Of a DNA stretch of 64,000 nucleotides, positions 39,773-53,685 are shown piece by piece (the first letter of the stretch is position 1; the number at the start of each line of letters is the position of its first letter). Below the pieces are notes generated by a model. The model was not told the DNA's origin, searched no databases, and saw only the letters and a program-made list of their open reading frames with translations. Origin of the DNA: Malacoraja senta (Eukaryota); assembly GCA_038087875.1 (NCBI GenBank), contig JAXLNO010000213.1:434001-498000 (forward strand). The letters are read 5' to 3'. A program made the translations under genes and the position numbers.

Positions 39773-40796
39773 CAACTCTCCGTATCCACCCGCCATCCGT
39801 ATCCATGTCCGGGCCGCCGGTTCTCCGCTCTCCGCTCGCTCCTCATCCGCCGGCACGGCGGGCCTCCTTGCACATGCGCACTGCTACGGCCAGCACATCC
39901 TCCCCTGCACATGCGCACATCCACGGCCAGCACATCATCGGCCGCCCTGCGCATGCGCACTGCCACTGCAACTGGTCGGCGGTGGGCACTTTCTCCCTCG
40001 ATTTGAATTGTAGGATACCTGGCCCGCCATTGTTGTCCGCGACCGCTGATAACCAACGCTGAATCACTCCCTGACCCTGGATCTGGAGTAACTCCTGGAG
40101 TAGCTCTTGCTTCTGGTTTCCTGGTCCTCCATAAATATTCTAAATGGAATTTAAACTGGAGGTGGTGGAGGGCTGAACAATAACAGCCTATTGCATTTTA
40201 TCTGTTTATTTATGCTTCTGAATCTTCTGAATTTTTTGTCTGCATATCGCCAACTTGTGTATATATATGGTCTATAAACAAATTGAACTTTTATCTCCTG
40301 TTCTGTATTATGTTTACATATTCTGCTGTGCTGCAGCAAGCAAGAATTCCATTGTCCTATCTGGGACACGTGACAATAAAACTCTCTTGACTCTTGACTT
40401 GGACTTAAGCAAAAAAGGGTTCTTGGGGAAAAGGGTACCTTAAATTTAGTTGCGTCTGGTTGGGTAACTATGGTAGGGTGAAGACTATTCCATGCTTTAA
40501 TTGTGCGGGGGAACTCCATGCAGCAGCCAGCATCTCTGGATAGAAGAAATTGGATGACGTTTCGGGTAGAGACCCTTAATTAGACTCCCTCTGGTTTTAG
40601 TGTTTTTAGTTTAATTTAAAGATACAGCGTAGAAACAGGCCCTTCGGCCAACGAGCCAAGAGTCAAGAGTGTTTTATTCCCCAGTTAGAACAATGAAATC
40701 CTTACTTGCAGCAGCACAACAGAATATGTAAACATGGTTCTCTGTAAATAATGTTATAAACGAGAAAACAGAACGGTGTATTTTTATATATGAATA

Positions 40797-42280
40797 TTAG
40801 ACTAAGTGGGACCCGCTGGGTCCCAGCATCACACGGGAGGGCTGGTCATCCAACGCAATATTCCAACTCTGTACCAATTCCAATAGTGCTGGCCAGTGGT
40901 GGGGGGGGGGCGCTTACTGTTGTGCTAGTATGGGTATTGTGGGCCGAAGGTACTGGTTTCCAGAGGGTTGGTATAGACATTGTGGGCCGAATAGATTCTT
41001 GGGCTGGCAGCTCAGTCAGTGAGGCCAGGCAGCTCAGTCACTGAGGCCTGGCAGTACAATCACTTGGACCTGACAGGCAGGCAGCTGAGAAACTGCCTGA
41101 AATTCTGCCCAAAACAGGTGACAGACTGTGAGAGAGAAGGGGGAGAGGGTGGACTGAATGGATTATTGGCCTGGCAGTCCAGTCACTTACGGCTGGTGGG
41201 CTGTCAATTCACTTACTCAAGGCTTGTGGGCTGGCAGTGCAGTCAGTCACGCCTGGTACGCTGGCAGTTCACTCAGTCACCCCACCTACCTTCACCCCCC
41301 CCCCACTCTGCTCCTTGCCATTCCCCTCCCACCCACACATTCAGTGCATCTCCCCACAACCTCCCCCATTCACTCTTAGTGGCTCTCTCACCGAGCAGCC
41401 ATTCCTGCCTATTAGGTTCGCATTGTGATGAAGAACAGGCAGGCATGAAAAGTGCAAAAAGGATTTATTAAAGTTTAAAATGTGAATAACGCAAAAAATA
41501 TGAGAACAATTTAAATGTTAAAGATGAGAATTATTAAGTTATTTCTTGTTGTGTCTCTTGTTGTGCTCTGCTGCTCACTGCCTCTTGATGACTATTTCCT
41601 GTTGATAAAAAGAGACATTCATCCCAAACAATGACTTTCACTTGCCTCATGAAATGTGCCGTCTTAGAGTTCTTCTCGATGTTACAGAATGTATCCTCGG
41701 CCACTTGGATGGGTATTTTGAATCGAGAATGTGTAGTTCTTCCACCAGGCATTAACGTAGCTGCTATCCCAGTGGATGCTACAGCAATAACCACATCACC
41801 TTGACCTCTAACTTTGCCTGACATGATGTCGAAAAAGCAGCCTAAAGACAATTTCAGTTGTTAGTGAACACTGAAGAATTTGTGCAAAACATTGTTTTCA
41901 GGCGGGGGCTGTCAGGGTGGGGTGGGGGGTGGTAAACGTCGTGCAGCAAAGGGAGGGCACAGCTTCAGGCGGTGGCTCTCGTGAGCTGATAAGAAGGGGG
42001 GGGTGTCCTCCAGCGGGGGATGTGGGTGGCTTCAGTAGGGGGCAGGAGGGGGCGCATCCTATAGCCAGGCGGAGGGCAGCGTCTTGAGGTGGGCGATGTC
42101 AGTGGAGGGGGGGGGGCGGTGAGCGAATTACTCATGACCTCTGGACTCAGTCACTGCCTTGGGATTAACTCATGGCCTTTGGACTGACTGACTGACTCAC
42201 GGATTGCGGACTGACTGACTCATGCCCGAATTCTGGAGTGACGTCCGACTTTTGTAAACTGAAATCTGTAACATCTACAT
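40797..42280 (-). mobile_element. Helitron derivative: 3' end plus PIF1-type helicase fragment (41610-41830)
   Basis: Hairpin GGGACCC-AGC-GGGTCCC before CTAA|T (CTRR). VIAVASTGIAATLMPGGRTTHSRFKIP..VIVWDE are PIF1 motifs Ia/Ib/II, in the same orientation. Confidence 0.82.
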
Positions 42281-42399
42281 TGAGGAACAGCTTCTTCCTG
42301 ACAGCCATCAGGCTATTAAACATAACAAATAAGCTCTGAACTACGAAATACTATATTTGTGTACTATTTGTTATTTGTTGATCACATATAACTTCCACC

Positions 42400-42750
42400 T
42401 CACACACACACACTGACACACACACACAGACACACACACACACACACAGACTCATATACACACACACAGACTCATTCATACACACACACATACAGACTCA
42501 TTCACACACACAGACGCTTTCACACATACACATACAGACTCATTCATACATACACACAAAGACTCATTCACACACACACACACAGACTCATTCACACATA
42601 CACACATACACCGACACATTCACAGATACACACACACTCACACACACTCATTCACACTCACACAGACACACACATACACACACACAGACTCATTCTCACA
42701 CACACACACACAGACTCATTCACACACACATACACACACACACACAGACT

Positions 42751-42799
<49 letters not shown>

Positions 42800-42817
42800 A
42801 TTCACACAGACACAGAC
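42400..42817 (+). repeat. Imperfect (CA)n microsatellite with recurring gactcatt interruptions
   Basis: Seen directly. Confidence 0.93.
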
Positions 42818-42820
42818 TAA

Positions 42821-45800
42821 TTTACTTCGGAGTCACGTGAGTGACTACGTGAAGAAGAGCCCGTCCAGCGGCACACGCGTCATATCGTCAGACGCATAGC
42901 GCAGAGCTCCTCCAAACCGGTATGTAAAAAGCCTGAAGGTAAATCTTTTACTTACGTTTTTCAGGTCGCTTTCTTCAGAGGACTTGTAGTTGGGAAAACA
43001 CAAGTCAGAATGAAGAAAGGATGTTAGAGGCGTACCGAGGTAAACTCGAGAAAGACCGCGGGTCTGCGAGTAGCGGGCGCCCTTTTTGATTATAAATACG
43101 GTTGAATATATATACCGTTGTAGCGCCATTAGGGCGCAAGAGAAAAAGGCCGGGTGGCCAGTAGACTCTGAAGAGTCAGACCGGAGGATCCCCGACTCAG
43201 GCAGATATTTTGCTCTATTCCGAACCGCGTTGGGAGGCCAGCGCAGGGAGTGCCTGGGTAGGTCCGGGCTTAGCGTGGTCTTTCGGAGAGCCAGCGCATG
43301 GAGTGCTTTAGAAGGTCCGGCTCAGCGTTGGCCGAAGGGAGAGCCAGCGCAGGGAGTACTTGGGAAGGTCCGGCTCAGCGCTAGCCTACAGGGGAGCCAG
43401 TGTGAGCAATGCCTGGATAAAGGTATTTTTATGCGTTGGTCTACAGGAGAGCCAGCGCCAACTATGTCTGGAGAATGGGCAGTTTAAGCGTTGGCCGACA
43501 GGTGCGGCAGCGCCAGCAGCACTTGAAAGAGGGCTGCCTATGTATGGGCCTACAGGAGAGCCCGCACGGCGAGCACCTGGGAAAGGGTTTACCATGCGTA
43601 GGCCTATGGGAGAGCCAGCGCCTTAAACACCTGAAGCAGGATGCCAATTCGCCACTCCATGAGGAGGATTATTTCATACAAAGATTCAATAAACGAAACA
43701 TATGAGGACCAGAGCCCAATAACAGAGCCTAAAGGACCAGATTTGGCACAATATATAAAAGTTGTGGTTCCAAAACTATCAGGGGAACCATTGGGAGATA
43801 AATTAGGAATGTCAATAAATTACTTGCTCTCCCAGCAGCTCCAGGTTCTAACCATGTATGAGCTGTCTATAAATATGAAACCCGCAGTATTGAGCATTGT
43901 AAGCAGGCTCAGCGTGGGAGAGGGTGTTGAAATTGCTGGTCAGGCATTACGGCTTTTTGGCCAGAGGTTGGATGGAGAGCATGTGTCTATATCATAACAA
44001 GGTTGAATTAGCACCCATGTGTAGTGCACACTTTGAAATGAACTGTATTTATAAAAGTTCTATATGACCTAATATACACTCTAAGTTGGGGGGCTCTGTA
44101 CACCATCAAATATTTAATTGCCTAAAAATCTGTTTTGGAAAGAATCTAGCCAAAAAAGGAATGATCCTGTGTGATTGGCAGATCAAATCGAAGGCAGTTT
44201 TCCCTACCAATGTGTGGTAACTGTGGACAGTGAAGGATCAAATCGGTCTTTCCCATATTTGCGTTGTTGGCGCACTCCTCCAAAGGTATGTGCAGGTTAC
44301 AATATTCCACTAAGATCAGGGGATAACAATTGCCATAGGCAAACCCTGAGGTAAGGGGTCTGGTTCTGTAAGAGACATATTAATGTTTTGCACTTACAAG
44401 TTGGGAAAGATTACAATTCTTGCTAAAAGAATGGCAATTTGATGTATTTATACTGTACAGTATTGTGGGGTTTAGAATTGAATTCTATCCATATTTGGTT
44501 TCTCCTATTAAGGTATTTGAAACCGGCCACATATTTTCTCAAAATAAGAGAATAGGTAGATTCAGACAGAACATGAAATATTGTGAAAAGGGATGATTAA
44601 GAAGTCAGTTCACCATCACCATCAATTTATGCCGTGTGTTATGAGAGCAAATAAGGATGGTGGGTGTTGAATTATTCTAGATCTGACAAGTTTAACCCTT
44701 TTTTTTACAGTATAATAAACAGTTTTGGAACATTTGCCAATACTATGCAGCCAATTTGAAGAAAATGCTATATGGCTAAGCATAGATCTTAAAATGCATT
44801 TTACTGTGTGGCTGTATATGGTAAATAATCATAGATATTTTTAATTTATCTGGATGATCAATTATGGCAAGTTAAAGCATTGTATTAAGGTTTAGCCTCA
44901 GCTCTGAGACTATTTGCCAGGTTGTTGGAACCAATCCTAGCATTACTAAGAATTCAGGGCCATTTGGTATTGGCCTATTTTGATATATTCTGATTGTAGG
45001 ATGCAACAGAACCACGAGTATCAAGAATCAAGTTCACTTTGGAGATTTATTACCATCCAGATAAATATAAACAATTACCGAACACAGTTATTGCTTATTT
45101 GGGTTCCATTATTAAATGAGAGCACGTGTTTGTGATTCCGCCCAAGGATAAAGGCTGCATTTAATTGGAAGTTGTATTAAGCTCATTACAGAGCACCAAC
45201 CCCCAATTAGGCAGGTAGCAAGCCTGCTTATAAACTATTGCTTATTTTCAGCTGTACAATTTAGATCGCTGCATTATCAGCATTTGCAGTAAGCATGGAT
45301 GGAGGCATGGAGAATACATTTAGGGCATTTTGCAGGCCCATGTATTTGCCAGTTGAAGTTATTACTGGAATACGATGATGGATCATGAGTGTCTCAAATG
45401 CCTCCAGAGAGATCCTGGTTGAAACACTTTCCATAATGCAACAGACTAATTTTAGTGCTCTAGGTTGGGATCATACTTATAAGTATTTCCAGCTGTGGAG
45501 TAGATGGAATGTGGAGAAAGTACCTTTGATCTAATAACAAGCGACCATTAATGAGAGGTTTAGGAACAATTTATGGCCTAAAGCTTATTGCACTAATATG
45601 CAAAGTTTGCATGTTTAGGTATAGATTGACACTACGGATTAGAAACGTATGTTAATCATTGAGTGGTGTGAAGTCAGAATCTTGTGATAGACTGGCTAAC
45701 GTGATTTGGACCTGGTGTTTTTACCAGAAATATTTGGTTTGGCAATCTACCTACCAGGTAGATTCAAAATAGTTGCAGACTCAAGGTCATGTAAATTCAA

Positions 45801-47664
45801 TGATAATACAGAATGGACGTTGTATCGTGACAAATTTAATAATATTGTTGCACGGTTGGTGACTTTTATGCATCCAGACTTGACCACCAATTACCTAAAT
45901 ATGTGTCATGGGAACCTGATCCTGGGGCAGTAGCGATGGATGTTTCTCGCTGCATTGGGGTAGAATGTTTTTGTATACATTTTCTCCATTTTACCTCATT
46001 TAGTCAGTATATACAGAAGATCAAACAGGACTCCGCTTCGGGAGTATTGGTGGTACCAGATTGGACCTATAAAACCATGGTACCCTCTGGTGTTAAATAT
46101 GATCACAAAGCCTATGATTTTCCCAAACAGAATTAACCTGTTTGTGCACTCTATAACTGATGATTCACATCCTTTACATAATCGTATTGGTTTGTTAATT
46201 TGCAGATTCTAAGGTGTGCCATATATCGGAAGAGGACGATCAGATCGTACTGTGGATATTATTGCAACCTGGAGGGATAGTACCCAGAAGCAGTACATTT
46301 CTTACATAAGGAAATGGGATATGTTTTGCTTCAGGCAGAATATTACATATCACACCACAGACATCTCAGACGTGTTAGAGTTACTGTCAACTCTTTGTTT
46401 TTTATTGGACAGTTAAGCTATAGTGCTATGAATTCTGAAAGGAGTGCCTTTTCTGTGTATCTATGGAGGAATCAGAATAAAATCTTGTAGGGTTACACCC
46501 TTCTGTCTGTAGGTGTATGAAGGGAATTTTCAGTTCTTAGCCTCCTAGACACAGATATACAGAAATCTGAAATGTAAGAGATGCGTTATGCTTGTTCGTT
46601 AATGGACTCCTATTGCAGTGCTGTCCTTGGCCTAAATTACCATTAAGGTAGTCATGCTCAGGGCACTGGTTTCAGCACAGAGAGTGCAAACATTGCAGAA
46701 ACTACGAATAGACATGATGGAAATAGCAAAAGATACTTTTATGTTCTATGTCTATGATTTGATTAAACAGAGCAGACCTGGAATCACAGGATTTAAGTTG
46801 GGGTTTTCAGCATATCCTACTGATCCACGTATATGTGTAGTATCACATTTGCAATGTTAGATTGGAGCCACCAGAACCTTAAGAGGTGCAGTATCAGCAT
46901 TTTTATTAGCCATAAATAGCTGCATAAGAAAATGTCGGTTCAGACTATTTAAAATGGCTGAAGCAGGTGTTGCTTGATGCAAGTATTGATACTGACGAAT
47001 TTGAATTTCATTCCACCAGGGCACCATCAACATTGGCGGCCAATGAATTGGACGTTCCAATAGAACATATCCACGCGGCCGTAGGCCAAAGTGAAAGAAA
47101 GTTTCACAAGTATTACCATAAGGAGATTATAATACCTGTGGTTATTTGGTGGTGCTATTTTGGATTTAGTATTAAGTATTCGTCTTGTGATAAAGGGGTT
47201 ACTATTGTGGTGATAAATTAACCATTAACTGGTTGCATTCATGTTGTGGTTATGCATTGTTGATTGCTTTAATTATTTAGAGTCAATAAATGCAGTGAGA
47301 CGCCTGGATTTGAATCTACGGCGTGAAATCACAGAGCTTTGAAATCTTCACGTAGTCACTCACGTGACTCCGAGGTAAAATAGTAAGATTAAACGAGAAC
47401 TTACCAGTTTGAAGTTTGATCTTTATTTTATGAGGAGTTACGCTGAGGGACTACGTGCACCCCGCTCCTACCTTCATAAAGATCGAGCTGGTAGTTCTAG
47501 TCTTTACGTATCCTACTATCATACTTCAGTTATTGTTGTCTGTAATTTCACTCCGCTGCTTTGAAGATTGACACATGTGCGGCTGGACGGGCTCTTCTCC
47601 ACGTAGTCCCTCATCGTAACTCCTCACAAAATAAAGATCAGACATCAAACTGGTAACTTCTCGT
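42821..47664 (+). mobile_element. DIRS1-like tyrosine-recombinase retrotransposon; full-length structure with decayed ORFs
   Basis: ITRs at 42844-42881 and 47569-47607. An internal complementary region (47345-47457) pairs with both termini. Relic RT (KDGG..IILDL, IDLK, GLASA.RLF), RNase H, methyltransferase-like (SWEPDPGA.A.D, VLVVPDW) and YR (SAQRVQTL, HSTRA.ST, F.KYY) domains occur in DIRS order. Confidence 0.9.
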
Positions 47665-47739
47665 CACACACACACGCACGCACGCACGCACACACACACA
47701 CGCACGCACGCACGCACGCACGCACGCGCACGCACACAC

Positions 47740-47814
<75 letters not shown>
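47665..47814 (+). repeat. (CA)n/(CACG)n microsatellite
   Basis: Seen directly. Confidence 0.95.
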
Positions 47815-47816
<2 letters not shown>

Positions 47817-47939
47817 GCCTCCTGCAGAGGCTGCTTCTGAAACAAAAACATGTTTTAAATAACGTCCAACAAACACACTTACCATGGACAGAGCAGTAAA
47901 GCTCTCTTGTATTATTCAGCAGCGCCTGCACTCTGTGTA

Positions 47940-48768
47940 TTCTGCAGTCAGCGCTTTCTTGCCACGAACCGGAAATGACGCACTTTGCGCCGTCTTGCCG
48001 CTAACCGGAAATGACGCCATCGACGCCATCTTGCAACCAAGCGAAAATACAGAATGAGCGCCAATTTTAAAATTAAACACAGTTCTGATCTAATAAAAAT
48101 GTGTATTCATGCTTTATCCATCTGAAACTGTTGCAAACATTTTAACAGCCAACAGAAACAAATTTGCAAACTCTTTACAACCAAAACGTTTCCTATAAAC
48201 ATTTTTTTAATAGCCAGCCAACAGAAATGAATTTGCAAACTCTTTACAACCAAAACGTTTCCTATAAACATTTTTTTTAATAGCCAGCCAACAGAAATAA
48301 ATTAGCAAACTCTTTACGACCAAAAAGTTTCCAGTAAACATTTTTTAAACAGCCAACAGAAATAAGTTTCGAAATACTTTACAGCCAATACGTTTCCTGT
48401 AAACATTTTTTTAACAGCCAAGAGAAACAAATTTGCAAATACCAATTCATTCAGTGTTATTCACAGCTTAGAGAGTCGTGACCCTCTGCCTTCCTGGGCC
48501 TGGCAGAGACTGAGTGCGCACGACACTTCCGGATTTTATAGTCCCTCCCCCTGCCGCCAGCGGGGGCAGCAGAGAGAATGGGGAATTGTTTAAAAACATT
48601 CATATCACTCTCATTTTCCATCGACGATAGAAATCCTCTTGTCCAGGAAGGCGGAGTGCGTCTCTGACCGAGGTGGCCAAAAATGACGGCCGTAGGTCGC
48701 GGCGTTCTCTCGGAAATCGCACCACAGTGGGCCAAAAGCGGTCATGATCAGACTTTTAGTAATATAGA
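47940..48768 (-). mobile_element. Helitron-like 5' end with an internal ~60-bp tandem repeat (48140-48440, ~5 units)
   Basis: A|TCTATATTACTAAAAGTCTG resembles the 5' end at 35743. Repeat unit acagccaacagaaa..atttgcaaactctttacaaccaaaacgtttcctataaacattttt. Confidence 0.6.
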
Positions 48769-49502
48769 TATACAGCTCAGACACACCCATTTTCCGACCG
48801 AGTGGCGTCACAATGCACTCTCCAGCGCTCGCATAGCAAGACGGGCCACTCCGGCCGGGAGGGGGCACTCCAGCGCTCCAACGCCACTTCCCACATTTTC
48901 AAACACTTGCATTGGTCACTCTTCCACGTTGCAACCTTCGGCATAGGTGATTCTTCCAATCGCACTTCCGCAACGTTCTCCAAGCCCTCACCCAAAACAC
49001 TCAGGCGAAGAGCTGACTGCTTCATTCTGACTTCGTCGACATCGCTCTCTTTAACGAAAAGCTTTTATATATTTTTACGACATTAAACGGATCGTGGGTA
49101 GCTTTTTCAGGTTTACACTTTTTTATATTTAATTAAAAAATATATTTTAACGTCGTTTTAAACGGGTTGCGGGTTGCTTTTTCATTTTTACACTGTTTTA
49201 TATTTATTTTAAAAAGACTTGCCCAATGCATGTATTGACATTTATTAAATCGGAATTTCACGCATTAATTAAGCTGCTGCTTGCAAAAAAATCTCCATTC
49301 CAATCATTAGCTATGATTTTACAACAGTTGCCTTAATTTAAAAAGACGAGCCGATTGCATTTATCTCCGGATTTCACATTTTACTTAGACTGCTGCTTGC
49401 AAAACCAAAATCGCAATTTCTTGCGATTGGCTTTTGGCTTGCGATTGGCTTTTCTTTTACACCAGTTACTTTTATTAATAAAAAGACTTGCCGATTGAAT
49501 TT

Positions 49503-49990
49503 CAGGGCTGAGGCGGCGTTCTGGCGGCGGCCCGACTCGGGGCTGAGACGGCGTTCCGGCGGCGGCCCGACTTCGGAGGTTCGGCCACGGGCCAGTGGAC
49601 GACATCGTCGAGAGCTCGCAGGTCACAGGTTCAGCTTCGTCCGCTGGACTGGAGGGCGGCAGCTTTGACCACCCCGGGCCGCGGAGCTTGAACCGGCCCG
49701 TTCGCGGAGCACGGTTGAGCCGCGGGGCTTACTTACCATCACCCGGCGGGTCCGAACATCGGAAGCCTGGATCGCCTCAGCGCAGAGGGAGAGCAAGGAG
49801 GGAAAAGACAAAGACTTTAAGACTTTTGACTTCCATCACAGTGAGGAGTTGCCTTGTGAACTCACTGTGGTGGATGTTAAATTTGTGTTTATTGTGTGTT
49901 TTGTTATTTTATTCTGTTATGACTGCAAGGCAACAACATTTCGTTCAGACCGAAAGGTCTGAATGGACAAGAAAGGATACTTTATTTTTT
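49503..49990 (+). mobile_element. GC-rich SINE-like insertion with a 3' stem-loop
   Basis: Abrupt GC-rich block within AT-rich DNA, with a perfect hairpin TTCAGACC-GAAA-GGTCTGAA near the 3' end followed by a T-rich tail. Confidence 0.55.
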
Positions 49991-51331
49991 ACTTTTTTAC
50001 TTTATTTATTGTCTTTTTAAAACAAATAAATCGCCGCTTTTACATTGATTGAAATTGCCGATTTTTTTCATTAATCGGGATTTCACACTTTGCTGCTTGC
50101 AAAAAAAAATCGCCATTTCATTCATTTCCTTTTTATTTCACACTTGTTGCCTTTTTAAATAAAAAAAAACGATTACTTGTCCGGCTCCCACGTAAACGGA
50201 GCACAACTCAACAACCGCTCTTCCAGAACATTCTGACTTCGCTGACTTCGCTCTCTTTCACGATAAGCTTTTATATATTTTATATTAGTTGCATTGAAAA
50301 AAAAATCGATATTGCATTGATTAACCTTTTCAATTTAGAAAAAGACGGATGTTCTGCATTTCATTATTACTTCACGATTTTACACATTATTTAGACAGTT
50401 GCTGGAAAAAAGACAACGATTTCATTGATTAACATTTATTGAAGAAAATCTTGGCAATTGAATTGATTAACATTTATTTTGCAAGAGTTCCATGCATTGA
50501 ATCACATTTATTTAAAAAGAATTGGATTTTTTTAAATACATTGATTCAGGTGCAATACTTCGCTATTGCATTCATTTACAGTCGCAATTAAAGGCCCTTT
50601 TACTATGCTCCTTTATTAAAAAGTAGTATTTTTTAAAATACTTGGCGATTACATTCATTAGGATTTATTTTACGAGTTGCATTATTTTTTAACAGATATA
50701 CAGTTCGATCTCTAAACAGCTTAGCGATCGAATGTTTTATTTCAACACAGTTGCATTTCCAAACATACTTCGCGATTCACTTCCATAACATTTTCAGTTA
50801 CAGTTGCAATTAAAAAAAACGTTTCATTCACAGGAAAAGCTCAATTTTCATCCATTTAATCTGTGTTCATTAACAACTGAGATTGTGTTTGGGTTATTTT
50901 ATTTATTTAAAAACTGTTTATTTAAACACAGTTGGATTTTATAAAAAGGCCTGGCGATTACACTGATTACGATTTATTTTAGGAGAGTTGAATTTTTAAC
51001 AAATATACAGCTATATTTTCATTTACAATTGCAATTAAAATATTTTTCATTCACATTGTTTTAATTCGACATGAAAGACTCAATTTTCATCCAATTAATC
51101 TGTGCTCATTAGCAACTGAGTTTGTTTGGGGTATTATTTACGTAATCATTAGGTTATTTTAAACAAAAAAGATCTTTTCATTTACAGTTGCAATATTACA
51201 AAATCATGCCTAGATGACGGAGAAAAAGAGGTGCGGGATAGTCAAGTAAAGTCAAAAAGCGACAGCGAGAATTAGTGAGGAACAGTAGGCACAGGAGAAG
51301 CAACAAGAAAGAACTCAATGTCTCTGAAATA

Positions 51332-51376
<45 letters not shown>

Positions 51377-51497
51377 AGGTCTGGAGGGCACAAGAGGAGT
51401 CGCAAGAAAGAACTCAACGTCTCAGAGATAATCCAGACAGATCAGGAGAGAAGGGAACAGGAACCGCAGCAAGAAAGTACTCGATGTCACAGAGATA

Positions 51498-51620
<123 letters not shown>

Positions 51621-51969
51621 AGGAGCGAAGGGCAAAAGAGACGTAGCTATTGGGGTATTCAACGTCCCACGATGGGGAAGAGTCCCACTTGGTCTCGTGT
51701 TTTCTAAAATCCTACAATCTATTTCCCAGGACCACATAGATCTCCCAGACAAACAAAGCTTTTAATTGAGTTGTGTGCATGCATGATTACTATTTAGCCC
51801 ATGACCATCAGTTCCCTCCGTATCTAACCCAGCCTACATCTGCTGACTCGTTCACTAACGCAAAATGTAGAAATCTCCAGGATATGTTGGATGTTGCATT
51901 GGGATAGGACAGATATAAATGAGAATATTGCTGGCTTAGATGAAACGGGAGATACAATTCCGCTGTAAC

Positions 51970-52901
51970 TTATTGCCTATAGTTTCTACATTGCTGTCCT
52001 TCCTTAACTCGTTTAAACATTATTCTCGGCAGATATTTCATCCCGCTCTTCAGTTCCTCTCTGAATTTAGACTGAGTTACCGCGTAAATACACGTGTTTG
52101 TGCAGCAACTCAAAAGGAGGAGCATGTAGCTGGTTTCGTCCACGATAAGCAACGGGTCATTGAAACCGGTAAAATAAGACCGCTTTGTTATCTGTGTCCA
52201 GAGGAAACCTATAAAATACGTCATCCACAACATAATGAAGTTGCCCGAAATTGCAAAGAGCAAGATGATTGACTTTCTTCTGCTTTCCAGCTCGGTGTCA
52301 TTCTGATTCGCAGCATTCTTGCCGCCTCTCAGGTTCTTGCGGACTTGACTAGCCATTAAAATGTGCCAGACTGTTAGAGCGTTGAGCAATAATATCAGGA
52401 ACATTGGAAGCACAGGGCTGAAACATCGGTGAATCCAGGTGAATAATATCCATGTAGGTTCAATGAAGAATTCTTGTTTTGTATTACAGCCCCATGCTAC
52501 ATTGTGTACTGATATATAAGGTTCAAATGCAAAGTACCAGGGGATGTTTTTGCAGCAGAACAGCGGACACACAGTTGCTATAACCCTGGCTGCTGTTTTC
52601 TCGGTGCAAAATCTGGATCGCAGTTTGTGACAACATATCATCAAATACCGATCAAATGTGAACGAGAGTGTTAACCACACGGACATGTCTGTGACTGCGT
52701 GGTTAAGGGCCCGGTGGAAGGAGCACACTTGAGTAATGAAGAGAAAAGTTGATGGGAAATATAAATGATTGATACGATAAAGTAATACGTCAATTACAGC
52801 AACCAACAGATCCGCTGCAGCCATGGCAACGAGATAGCGTGATACACATTTGGAGAGACCGCACTTTCCCCGGGACAGGATGGCAATCGATATCACATTA
52901 G
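51970..52901 (-). CDS. GPR139-like: GPCR gene B, coding exon 2; near-identical paralog of gene A; full CDS join(54977..54878,52901..51970), 343 aa
   Basis: Same motifs and acceptor as gene A. Intact frame with 9 aa differences from gene A in this exon. Confidence 0.92.
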
Positions 52902-53074
52902 CTGTGTTACGGGAAGAAACAAAAATCAACAAAGTGCATTAGCAGTGTAGGGTACAGGGTGCCCCACGTAACACGCGATTTCACATGAAGATTAGAGTTG
53001 AGCATAGACATTCATGACAGGGCGAGTCGCAAACCGCACCACATTTTTAAAGGTTGGGCAACGAGAAAGAAACG

Positions 53075-53685
53075 TAGTCAAAAAGGCACAACAGAGGATG
53101 TACCTCCTGCGGCAGCTGAGGATGCATAATCTGCCACAGGCAATGATGGTCCAATTCTACACGGCCATCGTAGAGTCTGTTCTCACCTTCTCCATCATGG
53201 TCTGGTTTGACTCAGTCACCAAGCACGACATCCGGAGGCTGCAGCGATCGACCGATCAGCAGAGAAGATTATTGGCTGCAACCTTCTCTCCATTGATGAA
53301 CTATACACTGCAAGGGCCAGGAAGCGAGCGGGCAAGATCACCTCTGACCCCTCTCACTCTGGCCACAAACTCTTTGAATCACGTCCCTCGGGAAGGCGAC
53401 TCCGGATTGACAAAGCTGCCACAGCCAGACATAAAAACTGTTTTTATCCACGAGTAGTTGCACTAATTAACAGCTAAAAATCTGTAGCCTCCCTTTGATC
53501 TGGTATTTTGTTGGTTCACATGCTTGATCAATGGTGTTTTATCATTAATGTTTTATTATTATTAATGTTTAGTGTTTTCTGTGTCATTCGTAACTGTCAC
53601 TGTATGTCATGTTGTTACTTGTGGGCGGAGCAACAAGGCAAATTCCTTGTATGTGAATACTCGGCCAATAAACTTACTTACTTAC
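53075..53685 (+). mobile_element. Rex1/Babar-type LINE 3' fragment in the intron of gene B
   Basis: Paralogous to 2969-3583. Confidence 0.85.

Noticed and set aside
41534..41851. Host PIF1 gene exon
   Set aside because: Isolated fragment within Helitron-type sequence, with no other PIF1 exons nearby.
45700..47130. Phage-like methyltransferase and tyrosine recombinase as bacterial HGT or contamination
   Set aside because: Both are normal DIRS1-type domains and lie within DIRS termini.
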